Below, one piece after another: positions 9,575 to 21,500 of a DNA stretch of 64,000 bases. Source of the DNA: a virus. Made by a program: the position numbers and the translations under genes. The notes beneath the pieces were generated by a model. The model searched no databases and was not told the DNA's origin. It saw only the letters and a list, made by a program, of their open reading frames with translations. The DNA lies in IMG/VR virus record IMGVR_UViG_3300021197_001521, positions 1 to 64,000 of that record, one strand, 5' to 3'. Every line of letters starts with the position of its first letter. The first letter of the stretch is position 1.

Positions 9575-12500
9575 ATGGCTAGATTTTTACTAACCGCTCA
9601 GTTACAGCTTAGAGCTCCATCAAACACTCGACAAGTTGTCTCTCAAATGCAGAGGCAGCTCAGGGGTGTTAATGTAAATGTAAACGTAAGAACAGCAGCA
9701 GCATCTAGACAAGTTAACACTCTAAATTCTGCTACTCAGAAACTAAACAAAAGCGGTGCGAATATAGGGAAAACTTTTGCCGTATCTCTTAGGAGATTCG
9801 CGGCATTCTCTATTGCAACTAGAGCAGTTACTCTCTTCAGCAATAAACTATCTGCTGGCATAGAAGATGCTATACAGTTTGAAAGAGAGTTAGTCAAGAT
9901 TTCTCAGGTCACTGGGAAAACTATTACTCAGTTAAACGGTCTTTCTTCTACGATTACTAGACTTTCTACAAGTTTAGGTACTTCCAGTAAATCATTGCTT
10001 TCTACTGGTAGGATTCTTGCTCAAGCAGGTATTCAAGCAAAAGACCTAGATACTGCTTTGGATGCTCTTGCAAAAACAACTCTTGCTCCTACGTTTGATG
10101 ATATAACAAAAACGGCAGAGGGCGCAGTTGCTATTCTGGCACAGTTTGGAAAAGGTGTTGGCGCTCTTAAAGAGCAGTTAGGTGCTATCAATGCGGTTGC
10201 TGGTCAGTTTGCTGTGGAATCTGGTGACTTGATTTCTGCTGTTCGCCGTACTGGTGGTGTGTTTAAATCTGCGGGTGGTGAACTTAATGAACTCATAGGT
10301 TTGTTCACAAGTGTTCGTGCAACAACCCGTGAAAGTGCAGAAAGTATTGCAACTGGTCTTAGAACTATCTTTACACGTATTCAACGTCCTAAGACTATAG
10401 AATTTCTTAAACAGTTTGGTGTTGAACTTACAGATCTAAACGGTAAGTTTGTTGGACCTTTTGAAGCAGTTAAAAGACTGAGCGCTGCATTTAAAGGGTT
10501 AGAAGAAGGTGATATTACTTTTGTTAGAGTCGCGGAAGAACTTGGTGGTTTCCGTCAGATTGGTAAAGTTATACCACTTATTCAACAGTTTGAAGTTGCT
10601 GAACGAGCAAGGGCAGCAGCAGTAAAGGGTGCAAACTCTCTGGATAGAGATGCTGCTACCGCACAGCAAGCATTAGCAGTTCAGTTTGAGAAAACAAGAG
10701 AAAGATTTCTGGCATTGATTCGTGATATTGCTGGAAGTAATTCTATTCAAACTCTCGTTCGTAGCACTCTTAGTTTAGCAGAATCCCTTACTAAAGTCTT
10801 AGAAGCGCTTAAACCAATTATACCTTTGCTGGGTGCTATGGCCGGCGTAAAACTTGCCGGTGTACTGGGCGCTGGAGCAAGGGGTTTAGGTGGAGCGCTT
10901 GCTAGAAGAAATGCTGGCGGTCCTATAGGATTGAATCGCGGAGGTATGGTTCCCGGTACTGGGAATACAGATACAGTTCCGGCAATGCTTACTTCTGGTG
11001 AGTTTGTAATTCGCAAGAATAGTGTTAGAAAAATAGGCGCTGATAATCTTGCTCGAATGAATGCTACAGGTTTTGCTGCTGGAGGTCAAGTTGTAAGGGG
11101 TAGACATGGTTATGGTCCTCAATCTCCTACTTTAAGGGAAGCAGTAGCAGCACGAAAAAAACAAGCAGTGGCAGACCCAACTAAAACGATAACAGGGGGC
11201 AAAAAAGGCGTAGGAACGATGACGCCACTAACTTCCGCTCAGAGAAAAGCGGAATTAAAAGCAAGCAAGTTTGCAGATGAAGATATTTACGCTGCTGCAT
11301 TTTTAACGCCAGAGGGTAGAGATCAACAATATAAAGGGTTCATTAAAAAAGACAATCTACAGAAAGCGATTAGAGCATCCCTTCCCGCAGGAATGGTTAA
11401 TTTTACCAAATCGAAGAAAAAGGGGCAATTAACAGGGGCTAACTATCAAGCTGTTGCTGAAAAATATGCTAGAAGAAACACTTTTAGAATTGATGCTGGA
11501 TCACTTGAAAAGGTAGCTGCAAACAAACTAGAAGATACTCTTTTAGACGGAGTTGTTAGTACTACCAGAAAAGGCGCAAAACAAATAAATAATTCCTTGG
11601 GAATACAAGGTACTGAAAACATAGCAGATGCTTTAAAGAGCTCAAACATAGATCAGGTTATGGGAAACCTGTTTGAATTAGTTTTAACCAATGCTGGCGC
11701 ACCATTTGGCGTACCTGACACAGATCCTCCTAATGCTCCTTTTGATTTTCCTCAAGGTTTAGGTTCTTCTATAGCAAAACAGTTTGGGATAGGTTCAAAA
11801 TCTAAAACTGACGCAAAGTCTTTCTTTAGTACTCCAAACTTAGCGTCTATGAACAAAAAAGTTCAAAACGAACTTGCAAATGAAACTATAAAAGAATTAA
11901 CACCTATATTTAAAGAATTGCAGGTGTCAGAAAAAAGAGCAACCGCTACTCTAAACTCTGGTGGTCCTACTCCTAAGTCCGATGTTGTTCCTGCTATGCT
12001 AACTCCGGGTGAGTTTGTTATAAATAAAGGCGCTGCCAAGCAGATCGGCATGGGCAACCTAAATAGAATGAACAAACACGGGGTTGCTGGGTTTGCTGCT
12101 GGTGGAGTTGTTAGAAGTGGTAGAAATAATTATGGTTCCGACGCAGGCATGGGTATGCAAATCAGGACACCCGGAGGAGGATCTATTAGTGCTGGCGCAA
12201 GCAATGCTTCAATAAGTTCAGCGATGGGAACTAAAGATGCAACACAAGCGTCTACAAAAGCAATTAACGATCAGACTAAGGCAACCGAGAAATTAACGAA
12301 GGGTCATAACGATCAAGAGAAGAAGATAAAAAGTAACAATGCTGGCATGAAGACGATGGGACTTGTTATGGCAGCAAGTATGATTCCTCGTTTTGAAGAT
12401 GCTGACAGTGGAATAAAAGCTGCTGCAAACTCTATGCTTGATTTATCAATGCAAGTTGGTGTTGTTATGATGGCACTTGATGCCTTTGGGGTAAAGTTGA

Positions 12501-15500
12501 ATTTTAGCGGTGCTAATCCCGGAATGTCTAAAAAGGGTTTTGGTCAGTCTGGCGGGTTTAGTCAAAGAGGAATGGCCGTAAGAGGTCAAGCGGGTGGGAC
12601 AAGGTTTGGAAATTTCGCCAGTGATAAGTTGAAACTTAAAGAAGGTGGAAAGCTTCGGGGTGGAATAACTAAAGGTTTTGCTAAATCAGGGCGTGCAGCG
12701 GGCGCCGTTACTGGAGGGATTCTAAACCCAGCAAGTGGAGCTGGCGCAATTACGGGTGCTATTGGACCAATTGTGGCAGTTGCTGCTGCTGCTGGCGCAT
12801 TGGGAATGGCTATGGATGCGCTATCGGGTGTTCACAAAGAAGCAGAAGTAGCAATCAGGTCGGGTAATGCTGCTAGGGCAGAGGATACTGCTCTTGCTTC
12901 TGCAAATGCAAAGTCAAGTACTATGATGGCTGCTGGAGGTGCTGCTGCTGCTGCTGCAATAGCTGCACTCGCAGGCGCGACATTACCTGTGGTTGCTATC
13001 ATTGGAGGAGTTGCTGCGGCAGGTTTATTACTTATGAAAGCATTTAATGCGTTAGATCCTGCTGTTGAAAAATTTAGAAACTTTATGGTTCTGTTTGGCG
13101 GTGCTTCGTCTGAAACAATCAAAGCTCAAGCAGCATCTAAAGCAACTATAGTCGCAGAAGAAAAAACAAGAAAGAAAGCCAATATTGCATTAGCTGCTTC
13201 TATGAAAAGAGGCGATAGAGCTGGTGCTGCTCAAGCAGCAAAAGATATTGCAGCATCTGGAGACAGAGAAGCAAAAGCAAGAATGAAAGCTTTGCAAAAA
13301 GAAGAAGCAGACGCAATGAGAGCAGCCTCAGGCGGCGGGTTTATGGGACTGGGTGGTGATGGTGGATTAAAAGAGGTTCAAGCAAAAATAGCAGAAGAAC
13401 AGGAAAAAGAAAGAACCCGAAGAGGTGCTGGTCTAGGAAACGTAATGCAATTAAATCAGGACAGAATAAAAAGAGCAGGAGCAAGGGGTCAAGTATTAGA
13501 CGCAGATGCACTTGCGGCAGACTTTGATATAAATCTCTCTCAAGCAGGTGAAGCAGGAGTTCAGTTTAGAAAAGATGTTATTGCTATGGCAAAGGCAGCA
13601 AAGACAAATGCCGACCAACTCAAAGCATTAAACTTTGGTCTTGCGGGAGCGTCTGCTGCTGCTCAAGGTGCTGCATCTGAACTAGATAGATTTTTAGCAT
13701 CTAGAGAAACAGGCACTTTTGACGCAACTTCCATTTTAGAACAAGCATTAACTTCTTCTGCTGGTTCTCTGAACCCTCGCGATTTAGCAAGAGCGCAAGG
13801 TCAGTTAGGAGCATCAATGAGATCGGTGGGCGCTACTGATGCTCAGATTGCAGAAAGCACTCAGTCTATCGGAGCGTTAGCAAAAGTCCAACAAGTTGGA
13901 GAGTCAATATTTAAAAGGGTTGCTTCAACTGCTGAAGAAAGAGGTAGAGGCGGTCCACAAGAGATATTGGAAGATTTCCGACAGCAGTTACGTTCTCAAT
14001 TAGGAGGGGTTCCCAAGGCGATACAGGACAAGGTGCTGACAGGCATCACTAAACCAGACGGGGATGCGTTAACAGATGCCTTAGACTCTCAAGATTTTTC
14101 TAAAGTATTCCAAGGTTCACTAGATGCAGTTAAAACATCACTAAAAGACGGTGCGATAGGCATACAAAAAACAAATCAAGAAAATAATAAAAAGTTAGCA
14201 GGTTTATATAAAGAAAGAATCGCTAACGAGTCACAATTCATAGAAGCACAAAAGAAAAGCATACAACTACAATCAGAAGCAGCAGAACTTATAGCAGAAT
14301 TTTCTGGCAAAGAGTTTACTACTCAACAAAAAACAGGTTTTGCAGAAAGAGAAGCAAGAGCAGGTTTGGGTGCGGGCGCTGACTTGTCGGCAAGTGGACT
14401 TATTGCTAGGTCTAGACTTGCTTCGCAGCAGGTAATTGCCGGTAGACAAGTTTTAAGTAGACCTAGTTTTAGTGATCCTAGACAAGCAGCTGTTGCCGCT
14501 GGACAAGTACAAAACGCAGAAGGCGATCAGCAAGAAATACTTAAATTTGCAAGAGACAGGATTAAAATATATAAAGATGAGATTTCGGCAGCGAAAGATA
14601 AACTAAAGTTAGATCAAGAGGCAGCAAAAGCAGCATTGTCGGGAGATCAACAGGGTCAGTTTGAAGCAACATTAGCGTCCATTGCCGCAAGTGCGTTTAG
14701 AAGCGGCAACGCTGGTCTTTTAGGTCAAATTGAAGGAGACGCAAGACTTAAAGGATTTGAATCGTTATCAGACAGTGAGAAAAAGGCATCTGAAGGCACA
14801 CTGAAAGCACTTGGATTAAGCAGTTCACTCGCAGAATCTCTTGCTGAATCAACTCCTGAACTTGATAAACTTCAATCCGCAGCAGCGCAGACTGCTCAAG
14901 TAATAGCAGAAGTTGGAAAGAACCTAGAATCAATAGCAAAAGGTAAATTTGATCAAACCACAATGGATATAAAACAAGCAACAATACGTATTGGTCAGAG
15001 TGTACAAAGACAAAATCAACCTCAACAGTTTAGAGGTCAAGGATCGCCTGCTCCGCAAACTAGATCGCGAGGTGGAATTATATATGCTAGTAACGGAATG
15101 TTTGTACCAAGAGGCACAGACACTGTTCCTGCCATGTTGACACCCGGAGAGTTTGTTGTTAATCGCGCAGCAGTTCAGCGTGGTAATAATTTACAAGTAT
15201 TAAGAGCAATGAATAATAGTGGGTCATCTGCTGGTGAGGGTGCAGCATACATGAATGCGGGCGGTCCAGTAAGATATAGAAATGGAGGTTCAAGCGGACC
15301 AGAAGCAGGTGGAGGAATGTTTGGTGGATTTAGCGAGTCTATAACTAAATTTACTAACTCTTTATCTAGTTTTAGTACATCTGTAGAAAAACTTATTGGG
15401 TTTGAGTTTAAGTTAAAGCTAGATCCGGTAAATATAACTGTTAGTATAAACGAAGGTTCACTAAAGAAAGATGTCAAAGATCAAGTGCTAATGGCAGTTG

Positions 15501-15550
15501 TAGACGAAATTCAAATTAATCAACTAGGACAATTAGAGAAGAAGGCATAA
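9575..15550 (+). CDS. Tape measure protein (TP901/PhageMin_Tail-type core)
   Basis: 1991 aa, Ala/Gly-rich and helical. Core motif ESAESIATGLRTIFTRI; central hydrophobic segments; three VPAMLTxGEFV modules; canonical position. Confidence 0.92.
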   Translation: MARFLLTAQLQLRAPSNTRQVVSQMQRQLRGVNVNVNVRTAAASRQVNTLNSATQKLNKSGANIGKTFAVSLRRFAAFSIATRAVTLFSNKLSAGIEDAIQFERELVKISQVTGKTITQLNGLSSTITRLSTSLGTSSKSLLSTGRILAQAGIQAKDLDTALDALAKTTLAPTFDDITKTAEGAVAILAQFGKGVGALKEQLGAINAVAGQFAVESGDLISAVRRTGGVFKSAGGELNELIGLFTSVRATTRESAESIATGLRTIFTRIQRPKTIEFLKQFGVELTDLNGKFVGPFEAVKRLSAAFKGLEEGDITFVRVAEELGGFRQIGKVIPLIQQFEVAERARAAAVKGANSLDRDAATAQQALAVQFEKTRERFLALIRDIAGSNSIQTLVRSTLSLAESLTKVLEALKPIIPLLGAMAGVKLAGVLGAGARGLGGALARRNAGGPIGLNRGGMVPGTGNTDTVPAMLTSGEFVIRKNSVRKIGADNLARMNATGFAAGGQVVRGRHGYGPQSPTLREAVAARKKQAVADPTKTITGGKKGVGTMTPLTSAQRKAELKASKFADEDIYAAAFLTPEGRDQQYKGFIKKDNLQKAIRASLPAGMVNFTKSKKKGQLTGANYQAVAEKYARRNTFRIDAGSLEKVAANKLEDTLLDGVVSTTRKGAKQINNSLGIQGTENIADALKSSNIDQVMGNLFELVLTNAGAPFGVPDTDPPNAPFDFPQGLGSSIAKQFGIGSKSKTDAKSFFSTPNLASMNKKVQNELANETIKELTPIFKELQVSEKRATATLNSGGPTPKSDVVPAMLTPGEFVINKGAAKQIGMGNLNRMNKHGVAGFAAGGVVRSGRNNYGSDAGMGMQIRTPGGGSISAGASNASISSAMGTKDATQASTKAINDQTKATEKLTKGHNDQEKKIKSNNAGMKTMGLVMAASMIPRFEDADSGIKAAANSMLDLSMQVGVVMMALDAFGVKLNFSGANPGMSKKGFGQSGGFSQRGMAVRGQAGGTRFGNFASDKLKLKEGGKLRGGITKGFAKSGRAAGAVTGGILNPASGAGAITGAIGPIVAVAAAAGALGMAMDALSGVHKEAEVAIRSGNAARAEDTALASANAKSSTMMAAGGAAAAAAIAALAGATLPVVAIIGGVAAAGLLLMKAFNALDPAVEKFRNFMVLFGGASSETIKAQAASKATIVAEEKTRKKANIALAASMKRGDRAGAAQAAKDIAASGDREAKARMKALQKEEADAMRAASGGGFMGLGGDGGLKEVQAKIAEEQEKERTRRGAGLGNVMQLNQDRIKRAGARGQVLDADALAADFDINLSQAGEAGVQFRKDVIAMAKAAKTNADQLKALNFGLAGASAAAQGAASELDRFLASRETGTFDATSILEQALTSSAGSLNPRDLARAQGQLGASMRSVGATDAQIAESTQSIGALAKVQQVGESIFKRVASTAEERGRGGPQEILEDFRQQLRSQLGGVPKAIQDKVLTGITKPDGDALTDALDSQDFSKVFQGSLDAVKTSLKDGAIGIQKTNQENNKKLAGLYKERIANESQFIEAQKKSIQLQSEAAELIAEFSGKEFTTQQKTGFAEREARAGLGAGADLSASGLIARSRLASQQVIAGRQVLSRPSFSDPRQAAVAAGQVQNAEGDQQEILKFARDRIKIYKDEISAAKDKLKLDQEAAKAALSGDQQGQFEATLASIAASAFRSGNAGLLGQIEGDARLKGFESLSDSEKKASEGTLKALGLSSSLAESLAESTPELDKLQSAAAQTAQVIAEVGKNLESIAKGKFDQTTMDIKQATIRIGQSVQRQNQPQQFRGQGSPAPQTRSRGGIIYASNGMFVPRGTDTVPAMLTPGEFVVNRAAVQRGNNLQVLRAMNNSGSSAGEGAAYMNAGGPVRYRNGGSSGPEAGGGMFGGFSESITKFTNSLSSFSTSVEKLIGFEFKLKLDPVNITVSINEGSLKKDVKDQVLMAVVDEIQINQLGQLEKKA
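10907..11116 (+). repeat. Tape measure GG-DTVPAMLTxGEFV-RMN-FAAGG module, copy 1
   Basis: LNRGGMVPGTGNTDTVPAMLTSGEFVIRKNSVRKIGADNLARMNATGFAAGGQVVRGRHGYG. Confidence 0.85.
11951..12136 (+). repeat. Tape measure module, copy 2
   Basis: LNSGGPTPKSDVVPAMLTPGEFVINKGAAKQIGMGNLNRMNKHGVAGFAAGGVVRSGRNNYG. Confidence 0.85.
15062..15290 (+). repeat. Tape measure module, copy 3
   Basis: RSRGG...GTDTVPAMLTPGEFVVNRAAVQRGNNLQVLRAMN...YMNAGGPV. Confidence 0.85.
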
Positions 15551-18500
15551 TGTTACAGTTAAGTTGTTCATGCGACGGTCTATCTCAAGAGGCAATTGCC
15601 GAAGGTGTTATATCCGCACAAACATCCATGAGGATGGCGGCAGACACTAAGGTTAAAGCAATGGGTAGACTACAGTCTCCCATATTAAAACCTGATTACG
15701 AAAAGTGTTTACCTGTAACGCTCATAGAAACTGCTGTGGGTGAAGGTCCGATATACGACATTGAAATAGATCCTTATCAGTTTGGAGATTGCGATTATGA
15801 TAGTTCTTATTACAACACAAACGATTACTGTGACTTAGAAGACGGTAAAATAAAAGAAGAAATATTAGAGTACATTGTAAATGACGGTCAAGCAGTAATA
15901 GATTATGATATTGGTGTTCAACCAACCTTCTTTAGCGGTGCTATTGGCGAAGAGGTAATTTGGATATCTCCTGCTCTGGTCGATAAAAACTATGAGAAAG
16001 AGTATGATGTCTCTTATGATTATTCTACTTTACCAAGCGATCCTCTAGATATCTTTGACCCTGATTATATCTGTTGTGATAGTATTAATCTCACAGATCC
16101 TAACAGAAAAAAAATTATAGATATAATTGATCCCGATTATACTGCCCCCTGCGATTGCTGTCCTAGACCAAGACCCGGACAAAGAGCTGAGGCAATTAGA
16201 CCAAAACACAATGTGTTAGATTCTCAATTATCTAAAGATGGTAAGCATTATGCTTTTGCTTACAAAAATCTTTTTAAAAATGAGATAATTATAGAAGTAC
16301 ACGATAGAACCGAAGAAAGTTGGGCATACTTAGCTAAGATCAAAACAGAGCTCACAAACTTTGGCGCTTTCACTCTTAATGCAGACGCGACATTGATTGC
16401 CGTTTCTGACCACGAAGAAAGTTCTGTTCACGAAAAGTCCGGTAGGATTAAAATATACCAATTTGACGCTCTTGATAAACAGTACGTTAGAGTAGATCAA
16501 TTAGGTTTTGATACTGGTATTGCAAAATCGTTTACACCATCTGGATTTGATTTTAATTATCAAGATGACATAAGAACGCCCAGAAACTTTATTATACAAA
16601 GACAAGACGATGAAGTTTTTGTGCTGGGTGAATTTCCTCAAATGTTCAGCGACTCTTTTGCTGAAGTATCTGAAGACCTTATTGATGTTGACAGAATATT
16701 CAACACAACCAACGAAGATGACTTCTTCGCACTCTTAGGCGCTAATACTTTTGATAATTACGTAGCAATACTAAAAGACAAAACAATAAGAACTTGGGGT
16801 AATATATTTCTGCCTGATGGAGTTGCTAAATCAGTAAACGGAAAAGCAGAAGACATAGTGTCTAGCAAGAAGGCATTTGCTCTATTAACAACAGACAGTA
16901 AGGTAGAGTGCTGGGGTGATGTAGAAAAGTTTTCTTGGAGAAAGATAGACGAAGTAGACGGAGAGCATTACGATGTTTCTGACAGTCTTACTGACGTTAA
17001 AAAAATATTTTCTAACTCAGATTGTTTTGCTGCTCTTAAAAACAACGGTCAGGTTGTAAGCTTTTCAAAAAGATTTGGAGATCACCTACTAGGAGGAAGT
17101 CCGTATGTGTGGTCTGAGTTTGAAGTTACACCTAGATCTGAAGTAGATTTATCTAACATTGAAACAATAGTTGGCGGTAAACAGTGTTTTGCTGCAATAA
17201 CTAAAAATATTCCTGAAATAAAAAGAAATACTCTTGCTTGTTGGGGTAATGAAAAATTTGGCGGCGATGTAGATAGAAACTTATTTGGTTCTAAAATAGG
17301 TATTGAGACAATAGAATCAAACAGGTCTGGATTTGCTGCAATAGGAAAAGATAAAAAAATAACCACTTGGGGTTCTACAGATGTAGGCACAGAGGATCAG
17401 CAGTCTAGTTTAGCTCAGGATGATAATTTTAAGACACATATTCATCCCTCTATATCAGATGCAGGTAATCCAGCATACCAGCAAAGTCAATATGTAAAAT
17501 CGAAACTTGGGTCGGAAGCATTTTCAAAAATAGTTCCTTCTCTTTTTTCTTTTGCTGTTTTAACAGAGGGCGGTCTGGTTGTAACTTGGGGAAATCCTTA
17601 TGCGGGCGGTTTGTCGTTTTTAGATGATTCTTCTGGACTCAACAGTTTAATAGCATTACCAGACAATGTGACACTATTAAATTCTGAGTCAGATCTTACT
17701 GGTGTATCTGAAATATATGCTACAGCAGCTGCCTTTGCTGCACTGAAAACAGACGGAACCATTGTTACTTGGGGCAACACACAATTCGGTGGAGACTCAT
17801 CTGGTATAAGTCTTAATAATATTGCCAAGGTAGCGAGTACGGTAGGCGCTTTTGCTACTATAAATAAAACGGGAGGAATTGTCGCTTGGGGTGATAAGGA
17901 ATTTGGTGGTCAAACAAGTTTTAATAATACAGATCCAGCAATAGACCTAAGTTCTGGGTTTACGGAAATATACGCAACAAAAAGTGGGTTCTTAGCATTT
18001 AAAGCTGATGGAACAGTTGTTGGTTGGGGTGATGACGCTAACTTTAAGGGTATAAAAAGTTTAGAATTCACAGGTTTGTTTGGTAGATCTAAAAACTTCG
18101 GACTAGGTTATTCGCTTTCGTTTAATGATGCGGGCGACAAATTAATATGTGGAAATAAAAAGAGAACATACCTCAGTACTTCTTTTGAGGTAGGATCTAT
18201 CAAAGCGTATCAAAGAAATCCCACGACTTTAAGGTGGAGAAGATTTGGTCAAGAAATAAAGACCGCTACCGCTTTTGACATGGCAATGGGAAGAATGGTT
18301 AAGTCTGATTCTACTGGTAATCGACTTGCTGCTTATGAAATAGTAAGCTCAGATAATGAATTCCCATCAAAACTAGGTATATATGAATATGATGCCGGTT
18401 CTTGGAAAAGGTCTGATCGAGTAAACTTGTTTCCTCACAGCAAAACATACTCTCCATTTATAAATAAAAGCAAGAACATTAGAATACCACACGGTATAGA

Positions 18501-21500
18501 TATTAGTTCTGACGGAAAAACAGTCGCTTTTGGTTCTGTTAGTCCAGAGGGTGACGACCTAAACGGCAAGGTGCTTGTTGCTAAGTTTGATGAAAACACT
18601 GGTCGATATAGTAACTCTGGCGTTATCAATCCAGACCCAGTAATAACCACTGCAAGCGATGGTATTAACAAGAACTGGAATCCCTCTAGATTGTTTGGTG
18701 AAAATGTTTCACTTTCTCATGACGGTAACAAGATCTTGGTTTCTAGTAGAGAATCTGCCTCTATATATGAATACTCATTAATATTAGATTACAATCTAAC
18801 AAACGACTGGACAAAAGTCTCTCAAGTTTACTCTTACGACGACCCTAAAAGAAAAACATTCTACCAAGCGTCCGATTCTAATTCTGATTTTGGTAGACTC
18901 ATATCTGCTCACATGAGTTCTGGAGCAGACTTTGTTTCTTCTACACATTTTGATGACAGCGTATCCACGAAACAGTATGGTCACTATGTTTACAAAATTG
19001 ATCATTCTAAACCTATAGACAGATTTGACTACGATCATAAAAATAACTATCTGTCTTTCATGAACGCGACGATACAAAAGTCTGGAATTTATTCTCAAAT
19101 ACTTTACAGTAAAGATTCTTCTATAGCAGATACTTCAAGCAATTTGGGATCTAAGCAATCCATAGCGATTGGCAAGAAGTCTAACACGGCTGCCTCAACC
19201 TATGCATTTTGGTCAGATGTAAAACTGAGAACCACCGGGGCAGAAATACTGAAAGTAGGCAATCACAAAATATCATTAAAAGTAACATCTAAAAGTTTTG
19301 ATAGAAAAAGACAAATAGAAGTTATCTTTAATGGAAGTTCTGTCAATAAAACTTTTAAGGGTAGTTTAATACCTAGTAATGAATATGACGACCTATTTCA
19401 TTTTGCTATCACTGTAGATACCACAAATAAAGTAATTCAATTCTACGAGGCGGGAAGATTATTAGAAACATTTAAAGATGACAACATAACTCTTTCTACA
19501 AACAAGACCGATTCTTACATCGGAGGATTCTCAAATAACAATACTCCTTCACAAAGTATTTTGGACGATATTAGAGTTTTCTCTAAGATTCTTTCCAGAG
19601 ATGAGATTTTTAAACTAGCAAACCATAGAAAAATTGCATTCAGATTAGATCAATACTACTATGATGTTGTTAGCGCTAATTGCAATTCATTTAGACTAGA
19701 ATTTACCAGCGGAACCTACCTAGATGTTCCAATTAAAAATCTTTGCCAAGAGACTATAGAGAGAAACGATTGCGGAAAGGTTATAAGTTCTGGTTGCGTA
19801 GTTGACGCAAAAGTTAAGTTTTGCTACTACACAGGACTTCCGCATCCTACCTACGTAAAATCATTTGGTAGATCAAGAGACGAGGATACTGCATATTTAA
19901 AGAATCCATATCTAAATGAAGTTATAACATCTCTTAGCGGAACATGCGAGACGGTTAATGAGTTAGACGAAGCCTTCAATGTTTATGGAAGCGATTTCTT
20001 TATCTGGGGTTCTTCTCCAGTGCCTCCTCCTTTCGACAATCAGGTTGTAGAAGGTTCTGGTTCTCTCTTAGGTTTTGTTAACAAGGTACACAGTCCCGGC
20101 AAAGAATTAGAGGGAATTGCTTTAATACAGTCTAGATCAAATCTAGACTTTGGTCTTGCTGTCTCAGGTTTTGAGAATGCGACTCTAACAACTTCTTCAA
20201 AATGGTTAGAGAAGTTTAATGGCGATTTTGGTAATTGGACTGCAAATCAAGTAATATACCCTAAAGAAGATGTTAGTTCTAGTGGGTTCATCAACAAGTC
20301 TAAGGAGTCCACAAATCTTTACCAAAGTATTGACGAAGGTGTTTTTGTTGGCAATTCTTATTATAGCAAAGACTATAGTATTGTTGCAGATGATTCCACC
20401 TCTTACATAACTGCATCTTCTATAAATACAGAGTTTGAAGCAAACTATAAGTTTAAGTTTACGGATTTACTTGTTAGACCAGCAGAAAACAGACTTAGAA
20501 TAAAAATGTCTGGTCCGTTGAAAAACTATGAATCAGATTTACCTCCTAAGTTTCACTTTACTGACGTAAAGATGGAAGATCCTTCTGGTGGTCTTATTTG
20601 TGAATACGAGGACTTTACTTTTATTGGCGATTCAAACCAATATATAGACGACGCCAACTTTGTAACATACTCGCTAAAACCATCTCTCAACTATGCAGAG
20701 AGGTATCAGTGGCAAGATAACTATCCAAATCTTTATGTAACCTCTGGTCACACGCTTTCATTCAACGTGACATCAGAAGACATGGGGCATCCATATTCAA
20801 AATCTGCGTACACATTTGGTTTTAAAGGCGATAATGACTTTGTTGCATCTGATCAAGAATACAAAGACTTTTTCAGTGTTAGTGGTATAAATCCAAGTCT
20901 AAGAATAACGGCGATAGAACTCTATGCAAGTGGAAGAAAGATCCCTTACAAAGAGAACTTCATGAACACCTATATCTTAGGTCAGACACAAGGAGGAAGA
21001 GTAGAAAGAGTAATAAAACCAACAGCGTTCTTGTTGTCAGATTTTGATACTGGTATTCGTCCTGCTGCGTCTTCCATCTGGGAGGGTTCTCATGGTAGAA
21101 ATAATTCTAGCAAACTAGGCGCTTTAGAACTGCTTTCTAACATAAGGGGTTCTGGATATGACAAATATATAACTACTCACAATGATGCAAGTCAGTCTGG
21201 TAAACTTATTCTTCAATTTGGTCATCAGCGTGACGATACTTTCTACGAAGTTAAACCAGATTCGTTCCTTCAAAATTCTTTCTCTAATATTTTCTCTAGA
21301 TGGTTTGATGAAGATCAGGGAGTATTTAATGCTAAAGACAAGTTAACACCTCATCAAGACGGGTTCTTTAAAGTAGAAGATATTAAACTAAGAGTCTTGG
21401 CAAAGAAAAATGTTGGTGCTGCAAATTATGTCTTAGATGTTGTTGGTTATAGCGATGACTGCATAATTCATGTAACTCCTGCTATGGGAGGATTCTTACA

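Noticed and set aside
7293-9575. Programmed -1 frameshift (lambda G/GT-type) in the tail chaperones
   Set aside because: The three ORFs each have their own start and RBS, and no slippery site is positioned to fuse them. A-runs are common throughout this AT-rich DNA.
12780-12965. GCT trinucleotide runs as simple-sequence repeats or contingency loci
   Set aside because: They encode poly-Ala in the hydrophobic part of the tape measure protein and are in frame.
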